Assembly: GCA_021740425.1 (NCBI GenBank)
Contig: JAIOZV010000001.1
Coordinates: 1 to 44,253, forward strand
DNA: 44,253 bases
Source: Bacteroidales bacterium
GTDB taxonomy: Bacteria > Bacteroidota > Bacteroidia > Bacteroidales > 4484-276
Direction of reading: 5' to 3'
This document shows positions 8,977-16,612 of this stretch, one piece after another. Position 1 is the first letter of the stretch. Every line of letters begins with the position of its first letter. Made by a program: the position numbers and the translations under genes. The notes under the pieces are model-generated. The model saw only the letters and a list, made by a program, of their open reading frames with translations. It had not been told where the DNA came from and did not search any database.

Positions 8977-9899
8977 GCCAATTGCTTTTCTGATTTGACA
9001 ATTATTAGCCTGGATGCAAAATTAAAAATCAACACCACCACAAACAGAATCAATGCAGCAAGCATTAATGCCGAATCATACATGGGTATCGAAAGCATCT
9101 CACCATAATTGTTTGCAATAAGAGCCGGTAAAGGGTAGCCGGGTTGAAATAATCCTTTTGGAATTTGGGCAACATTTCCAACCACCATGAGTACAGCAAT
9201 GGTTTCGCCAAATGCACGCGACATACCCAGGCCAAAGGCAGAGACAATGCCGGGAAGTGCTTTTTTAACCTGTACCAGCTTTATGGTTTGCCATTTGCCT
9301 GCACCCAACGACATGGAGGCTTCGGAAAGTTCGGGTGGAATATTTTTAAATATTTCGATTAGAATATTCAATATGAAGGGGATGATCATAATGGCCAACA
9401 CGATAGCACCTGCCAGGATGGAATAACCTGAAACACTTTTTCCAAAAAAAGGGCCGAGATAATTACCAATGAAGGGCACAACAACCAGAATGCCCCAAAC
9501 ACCATAAATTACAGATGGTATTCCTGCAAGAATATCAATGATCGGGTGCATCACTCTGAGCACCCACCTTTTAGCATATTGAGTAAGATGAATGGCGGTA
9601 AGCAGACAAATGGGGCCGGCAATTAATAAGGCCAGGATGGTGACCCAAACAGAACTTATAATAAATGTGTAAAAACCGAACCTGCCGGCCATGGGTTTCC
9701 AGGTCTTCGAAAAAAGCAACTCAGTCAAAGGCTGTGCTTCGATGAGCAACAAGGATTTATAGAGCATGCCTGCAACAAGTATAAAAGGTAAAATAAAAAC
9801 CAGCACCAAACAAATCTGCATCCAGAATACATGGAGTTTGTCCTGCAACAACCTGCCCACGCGGATTCGGCTGACCCGCATTACCGCTCTATTCATCAT
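8973..9899 (-). CDS. pstC: Phosphate ABC transporter permease
   Basis: Multi-TM permease located between pstS and pstA. The ORF is open to 9923, but the ATGATG at 9899/9896 overlaps the pstS stop (ATGATGAATAG), which suggests translational coupling. Confidence 0.88.
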   Translation of the reverse strand: MMNRAVMRVSRIRVGRLLQDKLHVFWMQICLVLVFILPFILVAGMLYKSLLLIEAQPLTELLFSKTWKPMAGRFGFYTFIISSVWVTILALLIAGPICLLTAIHLTQYAKRWVLRVMHPIIDILAGIPSVIYGVWGILVVVPFIGNYLGPFFGKSVSGYSILAGAIVLAIMIIPFILNILIEIFKNIPPELSEASMSLGAGKWQTIKLVQVKKALPGIVSAFGLGMSRAFGETIAVLMVVGNVAQIPKGLFQPGYPLPALIANNYGEMLSIPMYDSALMLAALILFVVVLIFNFASRLIIVKSEKQLA

Positions 9900-10896
9900 C
9901 GAGTTTATTAATACCCCGGGCAATCACTGTATCTGAAAGTTTTACATAACCTGCCTCATGTACAAATTGCTGCCCTTCGGTAAGTATCCATTTCAGAAAA
10001 GCCTTCACAGCCGGGCTATTTGGTTTTTTTGCAGCCACAAAATACAAATCCCTCGCAGGTGGCGATGGATATTTGTTTTCCGCAATGGCACCCATGACCA
10101 AATCGAGGCTTTCATAAAAATCTTCCTCCTGATCAATACGACCGTTGGCATTGATATCAATGGGGATGACTTCCAGCCCCGGATATTTAAGCCGTGTATT
10201 GATGTCATAAACATAAACCACATTGTTGTAGCCCATACCCAAAGGATCTCCCTTCACCGCATCGGCCATGCCCGGATCGCCAAATACGCCGATCCCTGCA
10301 AGGCTTTCCTGATTGGTACCTAAAAACTCAGCCCACATTTGTGCTGCTCCGCAGGCATCAGACCGTGTAAAAATATTGATGTTTTTTTGCAGACCCTGCA
10401 ATCCCGGGCATTGATCCCAGCTTTTAATACTTTGTTCAAAATAAATTCCCTGAAATACTTTTGGACTTATTCCGGTCTCCAGCAATTGAGCAATAAGCGG
10501 ATTTTTTGCATTGACGGTGGGCAACACAGCATCCCTGGTTACGGCAAGCCACCATACCCCCTTTTCTTTTTCGGATGGACTAATACCCCGGGAAAACATA
10601 CCCAGATCCACCATCCCCGAAAGTGCATCGGCCATGCCTTTTCCTGCACCTCCTGCACTGATATCAATTCGCAAGTCAGGATTTATTTTCCTGAATTCCT
10701 CAGCCCAGCGAGCAGTGATCGGGTAAAGCGCAAATGCACCCGAAATGGAAATATTTCCCTGCACATGAGGGTTGCTGTCATTTGTTGCACTTTGCCGGTT
10801 CCTGCATCCGCAACTCACGAGCAGGAGCAGCATAGCAGCGGCCAGTACAATTTTTTGAACATTGATTTTGTGTAACATAGACTTTCCCTTTCTCAT
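9889..10896 (-). CDS. pstS: Phosphate-binding lipoprotein of the Pst system
   Basis: Lipoprotein signal ..IVLAAAMLLLLVSCG, a periplasmic-binding-protein fold, and first position in the pst operon. Start candidates are 10935, 10896 (A-rich upstream context) and 10878. Confidence 0.85.
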   Translation of the reverse strand: MRKGKSMLHKINVQKIVLAAAMLLLLVSCGCRNRQSATNDSNPHVQGNISISGAFALYPITARWAEEFRKINPDLRIDISAGGAGKGMADALSGMVDLGMFSRGISPSEKEKGVWWLAVTRDAVLPTVNAKNPLIAQLLETGISPKVFQGIYFEQSIKSWDQCPGLQGLQKNINIFTRSDACGAAQMWAEFLGTNQESLAGIGVFGDPGMADAVKGDPLGMGYNNVVYVYDINTRLKYPGLEVIPIDINANGRIDQEEDFYESLDLVMGAIAENKYPSPPARDLYFVAAKKPNSPAVKAFLKWILTEGQQFVHEAGYVKLSDTVIARGINKLDDE

Positions 10897-10944
10897 TTTT
10901 TTTTGCAGAATCTCATGATCAAATGCAAGATTCATTTAAGCATA

Positions 10945-10952
10945 CAAAATTA
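10945..10952 (-). promoter_or_regulatory. Candidate -7 promoter box for the pst operon (TAATTTTG on the minus strand)
   Basis: Exact TAnnTTTG match immediately upstream of the pstS ORF. No clean -33 TTTG was seen. Confidence 0.3.
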
Positions 10953-11212
10953 CTTGACGGAAAGGGGAACGAAAACCCGATTAATACCTGTTTTGAGGTG
11001 ATACATTATGGTATTTTGCTGATAAGTATAAATGCTTAGCTTGCTGGAAAAATTACAGTTGAAAGGCAGAAGATTTTTTTGAAGGATTATACTTTATGCG
11101 CATATTGAGCTCTTGCGCAGTAAGAATCATCGGCACTATATTTTGGTTCTACTACCAATTGAATGGGTAAAAAAAATAAATGAAACTTGGAATACAATAA
11201 AAAATTAGTCAG

Positions 11213-11251
11213 CAGTCGCCAGTACGCAGTTTCCAGTCAGTATAAACCAGT
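11213..11251. repeat. CAGT-phased heptamer repeat patch (CAGTCGC CAGTACG CAGTTTC CAGT CAGT..CAGT)
   Basis: CAGT occurs at 11213, 11220, 11227, 11234, 11238 and 11248, with the first four exactly 7 nt apart. It is a GC-richer patch inside an AT-rich 423-nt spacer. Confidence 0.6.
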
Positions 11252-11358
11252 GCGCTGCCGTTGTTAAACTGTCTAAAGCAATCATGAGATCAACTGTGGA
11301 CTGTCTGCTTTAATGGTGAATTATTTTAAAAATGTTTCCACAAAAATTGAAGTAGTGC

Positions 11359-12003
11359 CTATATTTTAATCCAATGGTTACTTATGGCATTCATCACCAG
11401 ATGGGCGGTGTTGCGGGAGTTGGTTTTAAACAGGACATTGGCCCGGTGCTTGTCAACAGTTCGTTTACTGATAAACAATTTTTCGGATATTTCCTGATTG
11501 GAAAAACCCTTACAAATCAATTGAAGGATTTCCATTTCCCTGCCGGTAATATCCAGGTTTTTCTTGTCGGAAATCGCTGCAACCTTAAAGCTCTTTACAA
11601 CTTTGTAAAGCAACTCACGTGAAAAATAATTTCCACCCTCCATCACTGTTTTAATAGCCTCCTTTACCTCTGCAATTTCCGAGTCCTTCAATACAAAGCC
11701 CATTACTCCCGCATCTATCATTTTATAATAATACAGCTCATCACCAAACATCGATAAAGCGATAATCCTGAGGCCTGGCTTTAATTGCATTGCCAGGCGG
11801 GTAGCTTCGGCACCATCCATTTCCGGCATATTGATATCCATCAAAACGATATCCGGTTCAATTTCAGGAAGCATGTCGAGAAAATCCTTCCCGTTTACTG
11901 CCTCCAAAATTTCAATGCCCGTAAAGTCAAGTGCAAGAATCATTTTCAAACCCCCTCTGAAAAGGGCGTGATCGTCAACAATAACAAGGGTTTTGGGAAT
12001 CAT
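11359..12003 (-). CDS. NarL/LuxR-family response regulator (REC + LuxR HTH)
   Basis: REC motifs VDDH..LMDINMPEMDG and a C-terminal HTH GFSNQEISEKLFISKRTVDKHRANV. Confidence 0.9.
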   Translation of the reverse strand: MIPKTLVIVDDHALFRGGLKMILALDFTGIEILEAVNGKDFLDMLPEIEPDIVLMDINMPEMDGAEATRLAMQLKPGLRIIALSMFGDELYYYKMIDAGVMGFVLKDSEIAEVKEAIKTVMEGGNYFSRELLYKVVKSFKVAAISDKKNLDITGREMEILQLICKGFSNQEISEKLFISKRTVDKHRANVLFKTNSRNTAHLVMNAISNHWIKI

Positions 12004-12007
12004 AATT

Positions 12008-12955
12008 TTATACTTTTATACAAATGGTAACAATAATACCTTCGTTGGGCCAGCTATCCATCTCAAAACTACCTTTGAGTGATGCAATTCTTGAACGAAT
12101 ATTGCTCAGGCCCATTCCTGTAGTTTTTCCATCCAACACTTCTTTGAACCTGAATCCTTTACCATCGTCAAGATAATTGAGTTTCAAGGTGCTGCCTTCC
12201 AAATCAAGACCAATGAGTATTTTATGTGCTTTGGCGTGATTCACTGTATTTACAATCAGCTCACAAATGCTTCTGTACAGAATTACTTCCACATTAGTTT
12301 CAAAACGTTTATCATCCAGGTTGCTGCTAAAATCAATACTGATTTTTCCGGTTTGTTCTATTTTTTCGGCAAAAGACCTCACCGCTTTGCAAAGCCCGAA
12401 ATTATTGAGAATATGCGGACTAAGGTTATTGGAAATTTCCTTCAGGCTGCTGATTGACTCCTCGATGGCCAGAATTGCATTTTTATAAATTACCCTGTGT
12501 GGCTCGTCCATTTCAGAGCTTCTTATTGCCGAAACCGACATTTTTGCTGTAGAGAGCAGAGGGCCGAGTCCATCATGAAGATCCTTGGCGAGTCGTTTAC
12601 GCTCATTTTCTTCCGTAAAGATAATTGCATTCAAAACACGCTGTTCGGCCTGATGCCTCATCTTTTCCATATTTTTAAGGTGCTGAAAAATTTTGCGGAT
12701 GTAAAAAATACCCACCACCATCAGCAGGGACACAAGCACACCGAGCCAGTTATTCAGTGCCGACAATTGTGATGAAAGTTCAAAGCCGACAAATGGCAGA
12801 AACTCTAACAGGCGTCGCCCTGCCATAATCATCAATCCGATGGAAAGCAATATCCAACTTGAATTGTACCTGGTACTCCTGATGAGGCTGATGGCAAAAG
12901 ACATGGCCACAAACTGAAGGATAATGGAGGCCAAAAGGGCGATCGTGGTTAACAT
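12008..12955 (-). CDS. Membrane sensor histidine kinase, HisKA_3 type (NarX/DegS-like)
   Basis: Four N-terminal TM helices, H-box LAKDLHDGLGPLLS, and HATPase motifs DDGKGF and GMGLSNIRSR. It ends 4 nt upstream of the response-regulator gene. Confidence 0.88.
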   Translation of the reverse strand: MLTTIALLASIILQFVAMSFAISLIRSTRYNSSWILLSIGLMIMAGRRLLEFLPFVGFELSSQLSALNNWLGVLVSLLMVVGIFYIRKIFQHLKNMEKMRHQAEQRVLNAIIFTEENERKRLAKDLHDGLGPLLSTAKMSVSAIRSSEMDEPHRVIYKNAILAIEESISSLKEISNNLSPHILNNFGLCKAVRSFAEKIEQTGKISIDFSSNLDDKRFETNVEVILYRSICELIVNTVNHAKAHKILIGLDLEGSTLKLNYLDDGKGFRFKEVLDGKTTGMGLSNIRSRIASLKGSFEMDSWPNEGIIVTICIKV

Positions 12956-13036
12956 GGTCAGCAGATTTAAGTGAATATATCCGGCAAATGAATCACAAAA
13001 AGCATCTTACAAAAACAGGTAATTATCAACCTGCTT

Positions 13037-13075
13037 AAAAGAGGCTGCCTGCAAATTTAAGAATAATGCAGGCTG
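13037..13075 (-). terminator. Probable terminator after the acetyl-CoA synthetase gene
   Basis: The minus strand reads CAGCCTGCA-(13 nt)-TGCAGGCAG (7 perfect bp plus flanking pairs), followed by CCTCTTTTAAG. The U-tract is short. Confidence 0.45.
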
Positions 13076-13078
13076 TAA

Positions 13079-15136
13079 TTATTTTACAATGCGAATTCTT
13101 GCATCCACGGCAGTCACACTTTTCTCGTTGCCTAACAAGGGGTTCAGGTCGAGTTCGATGATTTCAGGGGCGGCAGAAACCAGAGCAGATAAGCTAACAA
13201 TAATCTCAGCAAACTTCTGCTCGTTTATCCCTTTCTGACCGCGAACACCCTGGATAATTTTGTAACTTTTCAAACTTCTGATCATTTTCAGAGCCTCATC
13301 CATCGACAACGGGGAAAGGAACGCGCTGACATCTTTGAGGACTTCGATAAAAATACCACCCAGGCCGCACAGAATCATGTGCCCGAATTTGGGTTCATAT
13401 TTAGCACCTGCAAACAATTCGGTACCTGAAAGCATGGGTTGAATCAAAACAGCCGAAGTTTCCGGTATTTTAATCATACGCTCAAACTCAATACGCACAC
13501 CGCTTTCTTTTTTCACATTTAAAACCACGCCTCCGACATCAGATTTATGAACCGGGCCCACGACCTTCATCACCACAGGAAAACCCAGTCGGGAAGCCTC
13601 TTTTACTGCATCCTCCACAGTATCCGTTACTGCTTCACCGGCTCTTGAAATTCCCGCAGCATCCAGAAGGGCAGCCACAGCCTCAGGCAGCAAATAACCA
13701 TCGTTGTTTTTGCTGATGATTTCCCGAATTTTTTCATGATCAACCTCCGGAAGCCTTGTATTTTCAGCATCTGGGGCTGCCGTATGATAAACCCTGCACA
13801 GGGCATCTCCAAGTATGGCCTCATCCGGAAAGTTGATCCTGCCTTTCGACAAAAAATCTGCCACCTCAGCATGAGCAGTAAGGATGGAAGGTAAAACTGG
13901 GTAGATGGGTTTATTGCAGGTTTTCATTTTTTCATCGAGTACATTGTAGGCATCAAAAACCTTTACCAGGCCGGGAGTGCCGAAAATCACCACCATGCCA
14001 TCTATTTCCTCAAATTTCTGATCTGCATAATCGATGATCGTACCCAATTGCTTGGCAGTTCCTGTGGCAAGGAAGTCGATGGGGTTGGCAACCGATGATC
14101 CGGGATATAGTTTCTGAAGCAGTTCTGCGGCATCAGCACTTTGAATGTGAGGAACTTTCAATCCTCCGTTTGAAAGGGCATCGGTGAGCATAACTGCAGG
14201 GCCGCCGGCATGTGTTATGATTGCAATGTTTTTTCCCTGTAAGGGCGGATGCATAAAAACCGATGCAATTGCGATTAAATCTTCGCGGCCATGGCACCTG
14301 ACAATACCTGCTTTGCGGAAAAGTGCATCCACGGCTACATCCGGGCTGGCCAAAGCTCCTGTGTGTGACGAAGCGGCGCGGCTTCCGGCTTCAGAGGAAC
14401 CAGCCTTAATTGCTGCAATACGGCACCCTTTTCTAATCAGAGATGAGGCGTGTTTGAGAAGTTTTTTTGGATTATTTACGGTTTCGATGTACAATAGCTT
14501 AACCCGCGAACTTTTTTCAGGATCGTAAGTTTCGTCGAAATATTGGAGCACTTCCTCCACGCCCATTTGTGCGCTGTTGCCCACCGAGAAAACGCTGTTA
14601 AAAGTCAGCCCTTTTGGGATAGCCGATTCCATAATAAAAACGGCGGTGGCTCCTGAACCTGAAATAAAATCGATGCCATTGGGATTGAGTTTGGGAATCG
14701 GTTCGGTGAAAATACTGGCATGGTTTGGTGTAAGTACACCAATGCAATTGGGGCCTATCAGGCTCCCTCCTACCCTGTTGACAGTTGCTACGATTGCTGC
14801 CTCAAGGCTTTTACCCTCTTCACTTTCCTCGCTAAAACCTGCCGACAGGATGATGAAAGCCCGGGTATGTTTTTCCTCCGCCAACTCCTCCACTACCCGG
14901 GGCACATATTTGGCAGCTATGGCAATGACAGCCAAATCGACAAGGGGAAGTTTGCCCGGATCCGGGTAGCTTCTTATGCCCTGTACCAAAGTTTCCTTTG
15001 GATTGGTAACATACAGGTTTCCCTGAAAATTGTTATCGATGAGATTCTTAAGAATTTTCCCGCCGGGTTTGGAGATATCGTTGGAACCGCCAACTACCAC
15101 AATGCTTTTTGGATTGATTAATGCGCTATTTACCAT
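13079..15136 (-). CDS. ADP-forming acetyl-CoA synthetase / acetate--CoA ligase family protein (fused CoA-binding + ATP-grasp)
   Basis: 685 aa. N-terminal CoA-binding region (PKSIVVVGGSND..GPNCIGV), a succinyl-CoA-synthetase-like middle, and a C-terminal ATP-grasp (GFPVVMKVVGPVHKSDVGGV). Confidence 0.85.
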   Translation of the reverse strand: MVNSALINPKSIVVVGGSNDISKPGGKILKNLIDNNFQGNLYVTNPKETLVQGIRSYPDPGKLPLVDLAVIAIAAKYVPRVVEELAEEKHTRAFIILSAGFSEESEEGKSLEAAIVATVNRVGGSLIGPNCIGVLTPNHASIFTEPIPKLNPNGIDFISGSGATAVFIMESAIPKGLTFNSVFSVGNSAQMGVEEVLQYFDETYDPEKSSRVKLLYIETVNNPKKLLKHASSLIRKGCRIAAIKAGSSEAGSRAASSHTGALASPDVAVDALFRKAGIVRCHGREDLIAIASVFMHPPLQGKNIAIITHAGGPAVMLTDALSNGGLKVPHIQSADAAELLQKLYPGSSVANPIDFLATGTAKQLGTIIDYADQKFEEIDGMVVIFGTPGLVKVFDAYNVLDEKMKTCNKPIYPVLPSILTAHAEVADFLSKGRINFPDEAILGDALCRVYHTAAPDAENTRLPEVDHEKIREIISKNNDGYLLPEAVAALLDAAGISRAGEAVTDTVEDAVKEASRLGFPVVMKVVGPVHKSDVGGVVLNVKKESGVRIEFERMIKIPETSAVLIQPMLSGTELFAGAKYEPKFGHMILCGLGGIFIEVLKDVSAFLSPLSMDEALKMIRSLKSYKIIQGVRGQKGINEQKFAEIIVSLSALVSAAPEIIELDLNPLLGNEKSVTAVDARIRIVK

Positions 15137-15166
15137 TTTAATCTCTATTTATAATCTTTTGAATCA

Positions 15167-15174
15167 TATTTTTG
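15167..15174 (+). promoter_or_regulatory. Candidate -7 promoter box (TATTTTTG) for the methyltransferase gene
   Basis: Exact TAnnTTTG match. The same 12-mer TATTTTTGCGGC recurs upstream of argS (23343). Its position argues against the TTG start at 15172. Confidence 0.35.
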
Positions 15175-15225
15175 CGGCGAAAGTACAAATTTTCAAATGC
15201 TGTGAATCCTTTAACAAAATCAGAT

Positions 15226-15948
15226 ATGCCTCACAAATTCCAACCCGACCTCGTGGGAAAAGCGCTGCTCGATTATCTGTCGGGAGCGAAAAATGCAAAG
15301 CTGGATGTTTTTTCAGATATTTCCGAACCTGACGAAATTCCGGTCAGCCACTTTTTCAGGTCGTGGGATGAAATGCCTGAAATTGAACAAAAAGCAATAG
15401 AGTTATGCCGCGGGAAAGTACTGGATGTGGGCGCAGCGGCAGGATGTCATTCGTTGATTTTGCAGGAAAGAGGCCATGAAACCACAGCTATCGACATTTC
15501 GGCAGGTGCCGTGGAGGTGATGAAGAAAAGGGAAATCATAAATGCAAGGCAACAGGATTTTTTTACCCTTGGCAGCGAAAAATTCGACACCATCATGATG
15601 CTGATGAACGGAATCGGTATTTGCGGTAAGCTTGAAAACCTGGACAGATTTTTTGAACATGCAAAATCATTACTCAATCCCGGCGGACAAATCCTGCTCG
15701 ATTCTTCCGACATTCTTTTCATGTTTGAAGAAGAGGACGGATCGGTTATGATAGATCTGAACAGCAATTATTATGGCGAGGTAAAATACCGGTTTGCTTA
15801 CCAGGGCTTGGAATCAGAACCTTTCGACTGGCTTTTTCTGGATTTTGATTTACTGAACGATTATGCCGAAAAAAATGGCTTCAGGTGCGAACTCATCATG
15901 GAAGGGAATCATTTTGATTACCTTGCAAGGATAAGCCCCAACGCATAG
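15226..15948 (+). CDS. Class I SAM-dependent methyltransferase
   Basis: Motif I VLDVGAAAGCHS, with post-I AIDIS. ATG at 15226 (MPHKFQPD); the ORF is open from 15172. Confidence 0.8.
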   Translation: MPHKFQPDLVGKALLDYLSGAKNAKLDVFSDISEPDEIPVSHFFRSWDEMPEIEQKAIELCRGKVLDVGAAAGCHSLILQERGHETTAIDISAGAVEVMKKREIINARQQDFFTLGSEKFDTIMMLMNGIGICGKLENLDRFFEHAKSLLNPGGQILLDSSDILFMFEEEDGSVMIDLNSNYYGEVKYRFAYQGLESEPFDWLFLDFDLLNDYAEKNGFRCELIMEGNHFDYLARISPNA

Positions 15949-16128
15949 ATATCATTCCGTTGTAAGCAATCCTCAAGAACTACCGTACTCCGAGAAAACA
16001 GATATTTGAAAATCGAACTTTATCATCTTATCATAAACTTACAGACTAACTTCAGGGACACACAGACCGAACCGATTGTTTTAAAAATTTTCCCACTGAC
16101 CATTTTAGAAAATAATTTTAGCCATCCG

Positions 16129-16200
16129 CACATTGGCACATGTGCAAAACCGCACAAGCCGACACACAACCCAAGTTTTGCAAAAGAGCCAATTTTGCCA
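16129..16200 (+). repeat. Left flanking direct repeat of the R-M cassette
   Basis: The core 16151-16190 (CGCACAAGCCGACACACAACCCAAGTTTTGCAAAAGAGCC) matches 21441-21480 at 31/40 positions by my manual alignment. Flanking CACATTGGCA and TTTTGCCA also match. A partial third copy (ACACACAGACC) lies at 16058-16068. Confidence 0.75.
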
Positions 16201-16232
16201 AATCTGTTAGTAACTTTTTTTCAGATTTTACT

Positions 16233-16307
16233 TGTCCATTTCAAAAAACATTCATAAATTTGGACATTATTTGTCAAGATATTATTTTTCTATGCAAAAT
16301 TTGGACA
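16233..16307 (+). promoter_or_regulatory. Candidate operator/promoter region of the HTH-methyltransferase operon
   Basis: Inverted TGTCCA (16233-38) and TGGACA (16261-66). A perfect 11-bp direct repeat AAATTTGGACA at 16256-66 and 16297-16307, the second copy overlapping the start codon. A GTCAA half-site at 16273. Confidence 0.35.
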
Positions 16308-16612
16308 GTATCGGAACACAAATCAGAAAGTTACGAGAAGAAACAGAAATGCCTTTGCGTAAACTTGCTGCATTACTTGACATTGACCAATCTACTTTGA
16401 GTAAAATTGAGCGTGATGAACGCAGAGCAAACACTCAAATAATTGATCAAATTGCCAAAATTTTTAAAGCAGATAAAGAAATGTTACTTATCGCATTTTA
16501 TAGTGATGTTGTTGCTTATGAAATTCGGGAGGAAAAAACATTTTCTGAAATTCTGCAAGTAGCCGAAGCGAAAATTGAATATCAAAGGACCATTAAAAAG
16601 AATGTAAAATGA
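16292..16612 (+). CDS. XRE-family HTH transcriptional regulator (controller candidate for the methyltransferase operon)
   Basis: IGTQIRKLREETEMPLRKLAALLDIDQSTLSKIERDERRAN is a classic HTH_3 pattern, with a ~50-aa C-terminal extension. Its stop overlaps the MTase ATG (ATGA). ATG at 16292; the ORF is open from 16232. Confidence 0.8.
   Translation: MQNLDSIGTQIRKLREETEMPLRKLAALLDIDQSTLSKIERDERRANTQIIDQIAKIFKADKEMLLIAFYSDVVAYEIREEKTFSEILQVAEAKIEYQRTIKKNVK

Noticed and set aside
11269-11306. Possible Pho box (CTGTCT ... CTGTCT) near the pst operon
   Set aside because: The two motifs are 32 nt apart rather than 11, lie ~330-400 nt from the pstS start, and sit directly after the response-regulator stop. 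The E. coli consensus may also not apply to this lineage.
16006-16400. ORFs 16006..16257 and 16140..16400 in the left flank of the R-M cassette
   Set aside because: They run through the flanking direct repeat and the operator-like repeats and overlap the HTH gene out of frame. Their composition is low-complexity (His/Pro/Thr-rich from ACACAC-type DNA), so they are not credible genes.
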